From Yuukianura sp. NJ FZ-2021 (Eukaryota): 64,000 nt of DNA. The stretch spans positions 6,696,001 through 6,760,000 of the forward strand of contig CM102283.1 of assembly GCA_046563655.1 (NCBI GenBank), read 5' to 3'. Each line of letters opens with the position of its first letter. Position 1 is the stretch's first letter. The translations under genes were made by a program, and so were the position numbers. The notes beneath the pieces were generated by a model that saw only the letters and a program-made list of their open reading frames with translations, did no database searches and was not told the DNA's origin. This document shows, piece by piece, positions 1 to 13,854 of the stretch.

Positions 1-1638
1 TATCAAGTTTCGGTAAGTTTTACGGCATTCCTCGTTTGAAATGACAGGCATTGTGGCTTTTCTCAAGACAGGAGTCACTGGATGTTCATCGATTCCGTGC
101 GAAGCTAGAAAAGACAAAAAATGAGTAGTTAACGAAGGTTAAAGGCTCAAGAAAGTATTGAAAATGTGCTGCACTTGCCTAAAATGTCATCGCCCCATCC
201 CATTGTGGTCAAATTCCAGCCGACGAAGCTATTTCCCATTGAATGGGCAGTTGGCAAGTACACCGGCTGAACGAAAGCGTCAGTACGAATTTGTCGATGG
301 AATTTGATAACAGCAATATCATTGACGGTAGTAACTGGATCATAATTTGGATGCTTCACAACGCTTTTCTCTGCCTGTACAACACGATACTGTCTTGTGT
401 CTTCGTCCTTGCGCATGTCATGAACTCCAAAGTATAACTCAATCTTCTTTGTTCTAAAAGTGTCCAATTTTCAAAATTAACCAAGCATTACTGCCAAGAT
501 TTTTATTTGAATGTTAACTCACCCTTCTGGAATGCAATGAGCTGCAGTAAGGACATGCAGATTGTCAATTAAGGATCCGCTACAAAGTTTTTCGTCGTCA
601 ATGATCATGGCTACCACAAATGGAAATTCATGCGGAACGGCTCCTTGTCCTCCGACGATTCGTTGACGTTGTGGAATTTCTCCAGTTGAATCTGGTGGTA
701 ACGTGATAGGAAGGTAATCACAAATGGCCGTAACGTCAGTGCTGTTTCCATAGTTGACTGGAGGTGGATTTGCACTTCCAGTAGTAGATTCGTCAGCCAC
801 AAGGCGCCGTGTTACAACATAGGCCATTTTGAATCCACGGTAACTAAAGATGTCAAAGCCTGACGTAAATCTTATGCCAACCTTGTTGCCAACGCTGTCC
901 AAGGAAATCGGGGCAAGACGGTTCATGTCTCCAGTTAACCTTTAGAAGTAAAACAAAACTTAGAGTTCCCAAAACAAGGAAAAATTTTTGGAAAAAATAC
1001 CGATAGAAGTCGTTCCATTTTCCGTTTAAAGATACAGCAAGGTAATCATGGAAAAACAGAAACCAAGGCTGAGTCACGACGTCAAAAAATGTTAATCGAA
1101 TGACAGTTCCAGGTTCACTCTAATTGGACAAAAAAAATTTAATATTAATTAAAATTATTACTTTGATGTTGTAAATAGTCCAGATAAACCTGTATGGTCC
1201 ATTGACATCTAAGTCCTGCCGCATAATTCTTGGGATACTTCGGAGAAGTGATGACACCGGATGAACCAATCGTCAAGTTTTCAAACTCTTGTGAGCACTC
1301 TTTAAAAAAAATGGAAATATTTACATTTTAGAAAAAATTTTCAGGTTTCAGAAAAGTTGGTTACCTTTTTGTGGTCGAAATGCATCTTCGCCTTCATTCC
1401 GTTTTTCAAAACCAATGTGGGATGGATTTGGCAAATATTGGAACAATCTGAACGGATAGTTCCAGTCAAAAGCGTATGAAGGCGTCAACCCGGTAAGTTT
1501 ACTCGACAGTTTGATTTGATTCTAAAGAAATACAATGCATTAATTTTTTACTCTTAACCAGAATAAAGATTTTTGATTCTTTACCCCGCAGGAATACGAA
1601 ATTAAAAGCAGGAAACAGCAGAACTGAAAATACGCCAT
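1..1638 (-). CDS. Secreted CUB-domain + trypsin-like serine protease (3' end beyond window)
   Basis: ATG 1638, signal peptide MAYFQFCCFLLLISYSCG. CUB exons read ECSQEFENLTIGSSGVITSPKYPKNYAAGLRCQWTIQ...IRLTF...DYLAV...IRFTSGFDIFSYRGFKMAY. Activation site R|IVGG, LTAAHC (His), NDIAVI (Asp), GWG. The catalytic Ser exon lies off-window. Confidence 0.9.
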
Positions 1639-1970
1639 TTTGGAAGGAAGCACGACGACAAATTGTCAGATTGCAAAAAAAAACCCTGTACGTCTGAATC
1701 CAAATGTCTCGTTTCAATTTGAATCGCTTTTGCCAATTGTTTTAAAAGTGTTCATTAATTCAGGTAGTTGAAGTTATTAATTAATCAATTAGTATTCAAA
1801 AATATTTCGCCACTTGCGAATTCATGATTTATTACGGACTAACCCAACACGAAAATGTGATAGTGGTCCGAGACTTCTAATTTGATTTTGTTGCTTTGTT
1901 GCTTGCGAGGTAGCTAAAATCCTGGAGAGGTGCTTGACACTTAAATTGTTGAATTATTCCGGTAATGGTT

Positions 1971-2864
<894 letters not shown>

Positions 2865-3164
2865 CTTGGTTTACTTGCCTCTTTAGATATGTTCTAGATT
2901 CATATAAAAAAGCGACAATTATTAATTGACAATTATCAATTTTATGTGATAAACGATAAGATCAACATCGTTGACTGACACAAATGATTTCAAAATTACA
3001 AACTTTTATTAATTTTATTTTCAAAACAAAAACATGTGTCTTTTACCTTTCAAATCCTCACAGTTATTTGCCGCCTCAAAACATTTGAAGCGTGAAGTCT
3101 CAGTCACATTCAGAAACTCAGGACGACACCACACTTCTTAATTGGTTAATTTAAGTTAATTAAG

Positions 3165-5354
3165 TTAGTGGACTTTCGATCGTTGAATTCTCCTAAACAA
3201 AATTGAGCTTATGTCTTGAAGCGCTTTCTCCTCATTCGACTTTTCCCAAATCAATGGACGAAGGTGAGTTAAAGTTCTGCTGTCGTGGTGAGTGTTGATT
3301 CTGTCTAAAAGGTACAGCAACAATTAGTGAATTAATTAACAATCTCTCCGATTAACCACTTTATGGATCGTTAACCTTACTTAATATTTGTGTGCTCAAG
3401 GATGGTATGATTGGAAGTAACAGTGTTCCGCATATTCGTAAGGTCTCCAGCACAACACTTGTCATGGCCATCAGCTTCTCGTCTCTCGGACAAACTTTGA
3501 CCAACACCCAAGGTTTTTCTTCCTCCATGAACAAATTGGCAGTACGCAGGGTAGCCATGATGTGCTCAATCCCTCGGTAAAAGTTGCAGTCACTATAACT
3601 TTGTATTACTTTTTCTGAAACATAAAATGTTTAGCTATAAATCGAAGAACAATAGTCGATTTTGAGAGTCAAGATTACCTGGAAGAGCTTCCACAGATTC
3701 ACGCAGAACATTTTTAGTGGGCGAACTTAATATTGAAAATGATGATTCGCTAAACTCCGGCCATATTTGATGGGGATTCAACGCTGCTGAGGTACAGCGA
3801 CTCAGCAAATTACCAAGAGTATCAGCTAACTCAGCATTGACCATTCGAACCAATTTTTCTTCGTTGAAATCTGCAAAATAAAAATAACGTAGAACACTTT
3901 CCCCGAATTCCATCGTTATTCTAAAAATACTGCCAGTATCCCAATGCTTTTTATCTAGAAATCAGTGTGTATAAAACATTAAATCTTACTTCCATCAGAG
4001 TGCGGTACGCCCTCGCGAAGAAGAAAATACCTCACTGCCTCTGTACCGTACTTCGACTGAAGGACAAACGGGTCAACAGTATTTCCCAAGGTTTTAGACA
4101 TTTTCACATTGTCAACAGTCCAATGTGAATGACAAAGTATTTTATGTGGCAGTTCTAGCCCTGCGGCGAGTAAAAATGCCGGCCAATATACCGCATGGAA
4201 CCTGAAATCAAGACGTTTATATTAAAACACATCGGAGTCTACAGAAATCTTATTCATGAGAAATCATATCTCACTTGTTGGCCAATTACTTGAGAATATC
4301 TTTTCCAACAACCTGGAGAGTTGGAGGCCATTGAGATTCCAAAGTAGGGTAACCAGAAACAGTAAGGTAGTTAACCAAAGCATCCAGCCAAACGTAGATT
4401 ACTTGTGAGGGGTCACCGGGAACTGGAATACCCCAACTTTCTCTGGAACTTGGACGAGAAACAGAAAGGTCTCGGGCGTTGTCGTCTTCCAACCACTTTA
4501 ACACAGGTCGTACAAATATTTCGGGCTGAATAGGATTGGCTGAAAATAAACAAAATCGGTTCAACGGTGCAGTATTAAGCTATTTACAATGTTAAGGTTA
4601 CAAATTAACTCACTTACCTTTTGTTATCCAGTCATGGATTGGACCAACAAATGACTTCAAGTCGAACATATAATTCTCCTCCGTGATCCAGTCCACCTTT
4701 TGCCCCGACTCTGAAGACACTTTGATTATGGTGCCATCGGGATTGCACTTATCCAAAATCTGATGATTGCTGGGAATAAACGATTCTTCGGAAACACAAT
4801 ACCATCCCTCATATTTTCCCTTGAAAATATGTCCACTGCTTACTAATTTGTTCTGAAAGTTTGCAAAACAAATATCACTTTAGTTTTACTGTGGAGAGTC
4901 AAAGAAAACTGCGATCCGTTGGAGCAAGACTTACCCAAAAATGTTCAACTGTTGCCAAATGGCGGTTTTGTGTTGTACGAACAAAATCGGTGTTTGAAAT
5001 GTTAAAATCCGACGTGAGTTTTCTGAATGAATCTGATACATTGTTGCAATGCTGATCCACGCTTAATTTGGCCAAATTAGCTGCCTGTTTGACCTTCTGA
5101 CCATGTTCATCCGTGCCAGTTGTAAATAGATTGCCCTTGCCATCGTTTTTACCCCTCAAGGCTTCAAATCGGTTGGCAGCATCTGACATTAACAATGTAT
5201 ATAGATGACCTATGTGAGGATACGAATTCACATAGAAAATCGGCGTTGTGATGAAACTGGAACTTCTTGTAGACATTCGCCAGGATGGAATCCTTCCAAA
5301 ATGAGTTGTAAACTGGTGACATAGCAAGGGATTCTTTAGTAATCGAAAACCCAT
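3165..5354 (-). CDS. MARS2: Methionyl-tRNA synthetase, mitochondrial
   Basis: [18 protein letters not shown] (HIGH), [40 protein letters not shown] (KMSKS-type). N-terminal transit-like peptide; multi-exon; stop 3165-3167. Confidence 0.95.
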
Positions 5355-5947
5355 TTTCCTGTTTCGACCTTTTTAAAATAACATTGACACCAAAAAGGAG
5401 ATGCGTTCGTCCATCCAAGTATTTAGTCTGGTTGAGAACAAAGAAAGTAAATATAAGTTACCAACGATTATTTAATTTGGTTAATTAAGAACGATTAAAC
5501 GTACCACCACCCATCGGTAAGTCACTTACTATCGGTTTTCTAATCTTCTACGTACAACGTTGTCTCTGGGCCTATGAACGTCATAAATTTGTAATTAATA
5601 AAGTAAGCAAACTTCGCTTACGAATCGTAAATCGTAATGATCGTAATTTACGATCGAGGATCGGAAAGGAAGGATCAGCGGGTGTATCAAGACAGCACCT
5701 CATCACCGTCAAACCAGCACCTCAATTTCAGCACCGTCAAGCCAGCACCTCATTCCAGCACCTCAGTCCTGTGTTAAAGGATATCCCACCGTCAAGCCAT
5801 CACCTCAGCACTTCAACTTTTTTTAAAAAAAGTGAGGTGTTTGGGTGCTGACTTGACGCATCCCCCCCGGTGCATAAAGTCAGCACCTCACTTCTAGCAC
5901 CTCATGCCCAATGTTAAAGGGTGCATCATAAAAAATTCAATTTCAAA

Positions 5948-6355
5948 CATAGAGTTGTCATGGGGATTTTTTGATTTTTTCTCTTTAACTAGAGTGGACA
6001 TTTGGCATTTTTTAAACAAATTTTTTGAAGCAAATTTGAAGAGGTTTGAAGATGTAAAAAACCGCGTGTTGCGCACCAACTACGCACAAACTGTGCATAA
6101 ACTGCGCACTAACTGCGCACTGACTACGCACTAACTGCGCACTAACTGCGCATAAACTGCGCACTAAATGCGCACTGACTGCGCACTAACTGCGCATAAA
6201 CTGCGCACTAAATACGCATAGACTATAGACTTAAAGTTGGGGTGAAAGCGGTTTTTGTCCCTTGTCAAACTTGCTTCAAAAATTTTGTTTAAAAAATGCC
6301 AAATGTCCACTCCAGTTGAAGAATAAAAATTTACAATCCCCTTGACAACTCTACG
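5948..6355. mobile_element. Nested MITE (hAT-like, 8-bp TSD) in left arm of the foldback element
   Basis: TIR CATAGAGTTGTCA / TGACAACTCTACG extending ~100 bp. TSD ATTTCAAA at 5940-5947 and 6356-6363. Absent from the right arm. Confidence 0.85.
6065..6220. repeat. 11-bp minisatellite (CTGCGCACTAA / CTGCGCATAAA) inside the MITE
   Basis: About 13 imperfect tandem copies visible directly. Confidence 0.9.
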
Positions 6356-6673
6356 ATTTCAAATCTCGGATTTTTTTTTTCCATTTTTCTGAAAATTTTT
6401 GGAGACACTACACAGACTCTAATAACAAAAAGCAAAAAAAAATTGACCGGAAATCAAAAAATCAACGGCTCGGTCTAAAAAACTGCAATTTTTCCTATGC
6501 GTTAAGAGCATGGGAAAAGGCTGCAACTTTTGCCTACAATTAGCTTGGCTAAAAAGCTGCAATTCCGGAGGCTGCAAGCGTTATACTAAAGTACCCAGAA
6601 CACATGTTGGGCATGTACCTTTGTCCGTCTGTCCGTCGGACAGCGTAACCAAAACTACTTTATGCGTTCCAAT

Positions 6674-7083
6674 CAGTGTTGGTGGATGCTAAGACGTCCA
6701 GTGGCTTAATTGCCACTTCCACTGGATATCCACTGGAAGAAATGTGCCCCAAATGGACGAAACTAAAAGTGGATGGAAAAAATCAAAAATTTTCTTCAAA
6801 TTCAAATTCAAATTCAAAAAAATTCAAATTTAAACTTTCAAAATGATGTCAAAAAAACTTTTCTTTCACCGTTAAAATTAATTAGTTATTTAAAACTTAT
6901 TAAAAACCTATATTTACTGTGTTTTTGTACTATATTTTCCAGCTTTTAAGCCTATTGTATTTAAATAATTCAAATTCCCTGGGCGAAGCTCCGCCCCTTT
7001 GGATTTATCCATTTTGTCCATTTCTTCCACTGGATATCCAGCCGTGGATGAAATGTCGAAAAAGTGGATATCCACCAACCCTG
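6674..7083. mobile_element. Second nested MITE (hAT-like) in left arm of the foldback element
   Basis: TIR CAGTGTTGGTGGAT / ATCCACCAACCCTG. TSD GTTCCAAT (6666-6673) vs GTTACAAT (7084-7091), one mismatch. Absent from the right arm. Confidence 0.8.
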
Positions 7084-7454
7084 GTTACAATGTCACTCTG
7101 CCTATCTGACAAAGTTATCAAAGCTACTTTATGATTTCCGTTGTCACTCTGTCCAAATGTCAGACTTGCCAATTATGGAATTGAGAATTCTTAAATAAAA
7201 AGGCAAAGAATCACAAGTTAGTACGGATTCTCACTGCCGTCGTCATTAATACAGGGCAACACGGTAGACCGCAGTGGAATGGCCCCTTTCCGCATGACAT
7301 CCCAGAATTACGTCTCTGGTATGTTATGCAGGGTATTTGTAGTATTCGTAGTAACAATTGATTTCCCTTTGTCATAATAAATATTTTATTGGAGTAGGAG
7401 TTTTAGTCAAACATTCATCTGCCTTGCAAATTATGTATTTAGATTATTAATAGG

Positions 7455-7640
7455 TTAAACTTTGTCAGATGGTAAAATTGGTAACTTTGTCAGATGGACA
7501 GAGTGATATTGGAACTCATAAAGTAGCTTTGATAACTTTGTCAGATAGACAGAGTGACATTGGAACTCATAAAGTAGCTTTGATAACTTTGTCAGATAGA
7601 CAGAGTGACATTGGAACGCATAAAGTAGTTTTGGTAACGT
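7455..7640. repeat. 51-bp tandem repeat (~3 copies) at inner end of the right arm
   Basis: Unit TAACTTTGTCAGATAGACAGAGTGACATTGGAACTCATAAAGTAGCTTTGA. It explains the 17-aa repeats in spurious ORFs 7455..7832 and 7469..7783. Confidence 0.9.
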
Positions 7641-8776
7641 TGTCCGGACAGACGGACAGAGGGACATGTCCAACATGTGTTCTGGGTACTTTAGTATATC
7701 GCTTGCGCAGCCACCGAAATTGCAGCTTTTTAGCCGATATGCTAATTGTAGGCAAGAGTTGCAGCCTTTTCCCATGCTCTTAACACAGGAAAAGTTGCAG
7801 CTTTTTAGACCGAGCCGGAGATTTCCGCTCAATTGTTTTTTTGCTTTTTGTTATGAGGGGTCTATGTAGTGTCTCCCCAAAAATTTTCAGAAAAATGGAA
7901 AAAAAAAATCCGAGATTTGAAATTGAATTTTTTATGATGCACCCTTTAACATTGGGAGTGAGGTGCTAGAAGTGAGGTGCTGACTTTATGCACCGGGGGG
8001 GATGCGTCAAGTCAGCACCCAAACACCTCACTTTTTTTAAAAAAAGTTGAGGTGCTGAGGTGATGGCTTGACGGTGGGATATCCTTTAACACAGAGCTGA
8101 GGTGCTGAAATGAGGTGCTGTCTTGACGGTGCTGAAATTGAGGTGCTGGTTTGACGGTGATGAGGTGATGTCTTGATACACCCAGGATCAGCGATCACCC
8201 ACCACACAATTTCTAATTTTTACTATTTTTGAAAAGTTCCCGCCAATAGAATGTAAACAGTGGGAAATTTGAGAATCACGAAATTCGTCCCCATGATTTT
8301 TCAAACTCTCGTCCTTTGTTCTTCCTCACGCAAAGGTACCTAAGTTAAATAATAATTAAATTAGTTAAATATATTAAATAATATACGTTGTTTAAATTTC
8401 TTTTCAATGAAACCTAACGTAATGAGTTCACTCCGCAGTAATTTTTATTTTAAAATAACGCTTGGATTTTGCTTTTCAGTGAATTGAGCCAGTTTGGCAC
8501 GCAAGTGGAATCATAAAAGCAGAACGTTTTGGACAGTCTGTAATTACAACAACGAAAGCGTTGTTAATTTCAAATACTAATTTATCTAACACAATCTACT
8601 AACCGGGAATGTCGAGTCTTACAGTTACAAAGTTAAAGCTATACGCGAAGTCTAATTCTCTTAAAATTGAAACCTTTGGACACAATAATGGCGTCTGAAA
8701 ACACAGAAAGTTTCTACACAGTGAGATTCTAAATATTTCGCTTCAGATTAACATTTCCTTGAACGTTCAAAAAAAG

Positions 8777-11700
8777 TTAGCCCTCGACAGCTACAAATTG
8801 AACTTGGCTGTGATTGTTGCGATTTCGTGACCAGAAGGAGCCCTTAGCAAGACTTGGATTTGCTCCCTGGGCTCGTCCTTGAGGGCCCGAGGCATGTTTC
8901 GGGTCAGGTCCCCTTCTGACACTGACGTTCGGACCACGAGTTTGAACGTATGAAGATCTAAAACCACAAAATTACAACTGAATTAACATGAAATATGGTT
9001 TTAGAAAACATTTTCAAAATTTTGAGGTAGTCGGTTTTATTTTTCAATTTGAGCGTCTTACTGAAGTAATCCAGGATTCGAGCCCTTGGCAAACGACAAA
9101 TTGGGACCCTTGACATGTTTGTTGGACGTAATATATGCTTTGTCACTTCTTCCAAAGTTGAACAATCTGTAAAAAAAACGTTTAAAAAAAAATCCGAATA
9201 GCCCAAGCTAGTTTTTTTTTCTTGGTTTTCAAAATCTTACGTCTGAAAAAAGTTTTTCTTCCGAGCCGGGACCGTCTGGATGGCTTGATCAGCGACTCGG
9301 AAGTCCTTCGACGTGCTTTTCTTGACACTACTAAACAGTCCTCTGCCCTTGTCATTTTCAACGTTGTTGTTCAATGTCGAAGATTCCAGTTCCTTCGTTA
9401 TGTCTCCATTGTCTTCACAAGTTGCTGAATCCGTCTGAGTAATAAATGGTTTCAGCTCTTCCGGTGTCAGCGGCCCAACTTCCTTGAGAAGCCTTTCAGC
9501 TTTGTCCTTGCTGAAATTAGCAGCCTCCAGAGCCCAAGATACAAATCTTTCTGGAAGATTTGGGAACGCATCTAAAAGATACTGGCGAGCATGGGCTTTT
9601 TCTTGGGTCGTTGGGTGTGGCCGGGCTGTTTTCATAATTGGAGTGGGAAAGGGCGATTCTTGCGGTTCGCCACGAATTTCATGTTGAAAGTTCACGATAC
9701 GCTGCTGATCAAGAGCTCGTTGTCGCTTTTCAATCAGCGATTTGACTTCTAACCATTTCTGTCTGGCAGGTCTGCAAATCCAAAAATGAAGTTTAGAAAA
9801 AAATTCTTAGGGGAATTTTTTTGAATCAAATTTTACTTTGGTGGTGGTGTTCGAGCAAATCCAATTTTCAGTAATTTTTCAGACGCTTTCTGGACATTAT
9901 TTTCACAAGATGAAAGTGTATCCAGAAGAATCGTTTCATCTGCAGTTGGAAAAATTCCTTTCATGTACTTCAATTTCATCTTTGGACTTTTCTGAACCTT
10001 GGCAGTACTTCCACCATCACGAATCTGACAAACATTGAACAAGTTAATTAACTTTTGACGCTGCTTAATCACCAATTTGCACACAGTTTGAGATGCAGCA
10101 CACAAAAATTGTCGATACGCCTTCCTCACCAGTTGCATTTTGGGTGACATGGACAGAATTGGTGAGCCAAAGGACCTTGTTAGTAAGCTACCCACGGAGG
10201 ACTGGTTGTTACTAAATTTTAGTAGTGAGATGGGTGTGCCCGTGCGTGCTGGACTGTTAGTTGCAAAACTGAAAGTTTTTAGGTTAATTGTTAGGTTAAT
10301 TAAGTTAGAGAGTTTAAGTTAAGAAGCATCAAAAGCATTATTATTTGCAAGGAAAAGCATAAACTTGGTGACAAATTGCCTGTTTCTCTTGAATGGAGAA
10401 TTAATTCCAATGGACTTTGTGTCCTGGAGGGACAGAATTGTGTCAGTGTCTTCGTCTCGGCTGGATCGGCGGCCATCTTGGTTTTTGGGTGACACTTCAG
10501 AAAGTGTGGCCATGTCCGAAGCCAGTGGATATTTTTCAACTTGGAGCGCCGATGTAACAAGATTCGCTCGATTGTGATATCTAAAAATTGAGATTATAAA
10601 AAAAAAATGTAAAATTGAAATTTTGTTTGATTTTTCCATATTTGAAACATTGTACTTGTGAAAAAGATGCTTGACATGTTGTTCAGGCGCAGTTGGAAAG
10701 AGATTGCAGACAGTACGGAACGCAGTTTCGGTGTCACACGAAATCAAGTGTGAAGTGGGGAGTCCACTATACGATGACGACGAGTAGGAACTGGGTGGAC
10801 GTTCTTGGATACAGTAAGTGTCCACTTTGTCAAGAAGGTGGACATGATGGTTCGGATGGCCATGGGATGTTGTCTGGTGGTGGAGATTGGACGAAGTACT
10901 GGCTCGGCGTTGATTCGGTGTCGACGGTTCGAAATGAATTACCGGTTCGTTTCGACGGTTTCTCGGAGGAGGAGTTGGCGAAGGTGCGATTCGCGGTGAT
11001 CCGCTGAGTCGGGGTGACGAACCTCTGCGATGTAGCGAAAACGCACGCAAACTTGGTACTGGACTGGACCATCGACTTCCAACCGTTTCCTTAAAAAATT
11101 ATCAAAATTCGGAACCATTTTACTTTTCTAAAAAAAAACTTAGCAGAAAGTAAAAACTTTCTCTCCGGTTTGTTTGATTTACAAGTCACGTTTTCGTATG
11201 GTACATTCCAAATTAGCCTCCCGAAATTTTGAGAAGTAAATTGAGAAAAATGTTAGGTTTAGTACAAGAATTTCATTTTGTTAGAAAAACTTCTAGATTG
11301 TCAGGATTCCGAGGCTGTTCGAAACGTGCGGACGTGGGATTTAGATGAATGGAAACACATTCGATTGATTGAGCTTTTGGGCGAGGATAAGGTAGAAAGT
11401 ACGTGAGGTTTTTAGCTGAACATGGTCTGATGCTTTCTTCACTTTCTCCTTCATAAATCACATGGAAAATAATTCTGTCGTCGATCTCTATGATCTTAAC
11501 GTTACGCGGGCAGCCATGAGAGAAAGTAGCACGTCAAATGCCCAATGAGCATGAACTTTCCCTTCTGCTCGTGTTACCATGTACCCTAAACATAAGTGAC
11601 AGGTCTTATAATGATGATTTATAGGGTCAGAGGTCAACTCGGACTTAAATCACCCCCTGCTTCGTTAACTTTGCTCGGAAATCCGCTTTTATGGAAATTA

Positions 11701-12454
11701 GTCAGAACCAAAAAGCTACAAACGGAGTCTCAGCGTGCCCCAACCGAGAAAGAAAAATGAAAAAGTGGGAAAACATTTCTTGAGTGATCTCAGCTGTTTC
11801 TCAGAAAAAATTAAATGTGGTGTTTTGGTTGAGTTAATTACTCAAATTAATTTCGAACATTTAATTACTTTTAATTATTACCTCGAAGTAAGCATTTGGT
11901 TGAGTAACTGCCACATGGTACGGTGGAGCTGGATACGAAGCCAATCGGGGGTCCTAGTGGAATTAAAAATCAAAAAATCGATAGTGAGTTAAGCGGAACT
12001 TATTACTTAAAAATGCGGTTTTGGTATTGGATTTCTGTAGTCGTAGCGGTTAGATGAGGTTACAAAGTGTAATATCGTTAATTGATTGCTTTTTTAGTAT
12101 TGGATTTCTGTCGACATGAACAAGGATGAATTTCAAATTAATTTTTAGGTTAATTGTTTTGGGGATTAATACAGTGGTTTTCAATGATAAAAATTTAGTT
12201 CTTACCTCCCATGTTGTACTCCTGGTTGCGTGATTGATGAAGTATCTGCACAAAGTATTACATAATTTAATTAATGATTGTTAACAGTTAATCAATTTTT
12301 TTGATTTGTTGCTGAAACAAAAAGTATAGTGTTGGGGTTAAGAGGCAAAACTGTGTGCTAAAACTTCCAAGTTGCACGAAATCACTTACATGCGATTCAG
12401 TTTTGGTTCAACTTTGCATTCCCATCCTGCTGGTAATGGGCCCAGGGTATCCAT
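8777..12454 (-). CDS. WW-domain protein with three CUE/UBA-like domains and C-terminal KGP/GxNP repeats
   Basis: ATG 12454. WW split over 3 exons: [32 protein letters not shown]. CUE-like segments: VCNLFPTAPEQHVKHLF..YHN.ANLVTSAL, YMKGIFPTADETILLDTL...NNVQKASEKLL, YLLDAFPNLPERFVSWAL...SKDKAERLL. Tail VKGPNLSFAKGSNPGLL..TRGPNVSVRRGPDPKHASGPQGRAQGANPSLAKG; stop 8777-8779. Confidence 0.8.
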
Positions 12455-13854
12455 TTTCCTGAATTCTTTATCTCTGTTCAAATGTATTCACTCACATACA
12501 AACTTTCTTTTCCTTTCTCCAGGATATCCTGCAGTGTCGCTCCGAATCGGTCCCCCTTTGGCTTTTACCTTGAGTGAAAGTGCTCAAAACACCAGGGACA
12601 ACACGCACATTCTCATGGAAGGAAGTAACATTGTCAAGAAAGTCGAGCGTATGTCTTTAGTTCTGGATGAGGTGATTGTTGAAACTTTCAACTTGAAAGT
12701 GTAGTCCTTTTAACTGAAATTAGAAAGTGGGAGAACGAAAGTGATGATGAGAGTATTTCTTTCCCCTTCTGGAAGCTGTAGATTCTGTAACCGAATTCGG
12801 ATTATTCAGCAGGATTCTGGACCTTGATCTGATTCAGAGGGGGAGCGTAGAGGGGAAGACACTAGGGATGAAGAGATTTTTTGAACACTAAAAATACTAA
12901 GTGAGGGTTCCTTGGAAAGTAATCGATAAAAAGCATAGGCTTTTTATTAGGGCCTGATTATTAGTTATGTGCTTGCCGCTTGGCGAGGGTGTTGATCGTA
13001 AGCAGAAGGATTTCTTCTGACGTCGTTCCGACTTGAACTTTTTAGTGATTGGATAACTTTCGCTTTTTTCTGGTTCTATTTTAGGTAATCTGGTTGCTGG
13101 TGGAGTGAAAGCCTACTTTGTTATGCTATTTTCAATCTACTTAATGGAAGAATATTTTCTAGAGAAGGAAGTCAGCAAAGGAAGAAATTGACAGTGACAA
13201 ACAGATCCAACACTAACTCTGTTCTCCTGCTCAACTGGAACTGGAAGTAAGCACGAAGACGGAGAAAGAATCTCAAAACGAACTTAGCAACCTCCAGATC
13301 GCTCGGTCCGATTCGGATTTTCCGTTTCTGTCTTACCCGGAGAAAGTTTTGGATAAAGTAAAGGATCCAACTTCTAACCTAAAACATTACTTGCAAAGGC
13401 TTCTCCATGTTCTACCATGTTCTTGGAGCCGAGTATTCTGGAGGGGGAAGTTTTTTTTTTTCTAAAGATGGGTTGCCCAACATTCGCTTGACTTGTTCCG
13501 ATTAGTTGTGGACTAACGCTCCTGCGTCTGTCCAGAACTGTATTGTCCAAACCCTTGAGTCTCTTTTTTTAAATAAACTGTTGAGGGGTTCCAGCTCCCT
13601 GCTGGAGTCGCTGGAGAAGGCACCCAACAGTGCGCTGGTGTTGTCACCACCACTAGAGGCAAATAATACGCATAAATACCCAAATCCCTTCCTATGGGGA
13701 AGGGAAAAGGCGTAATATCTTTAAAAAGAACTTCAACTGGATTTTTTATTTTCAGAATGGGAGAACCTCTGGAATAGTGCTGTTCGTCACTGCTGGAAAC
13801 TAAGAATCTCGAACATGATTAAGAATATTGGATAGATTCACCCTTTAAGTGGGT

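Larger units (their letters stand above)
5680..8183. mobile_element. Non-autonomous foldback/MULE-like DNA element with long TIRs and 9-bp TSD
   Basis: Ends GGGTGTATCAAGAC / GTCTTGATACACCC. TSD AGGATCAGC at 5671-5679 and 8184-8192. Right arm ~7455-8183 is the reverse complement of left-arm pieces 5680-5947, 6364-6673 and ~7092-7165. No transposase ORF. Confidence 0.9.

Noticed and set aside
5690-5905. Recurrent CAGCACCTCA motifs with variable spacing, superficially CRISPR-like
   Set aside because: Repeats are ~10 bp with irregular short spacers and are mirrored at 7960-8175. They are sub-terminal motifs of the TIR in eukaryotic DNA, and there are no cas genes.
6510-7869. ORFs with repeated 17-aa units (6510..6692, 7455..7832, 7469..7783)
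   Set aside because: Products of the 51-bp tandem repeat and inverted arms of the foldback element; no protein motifs.
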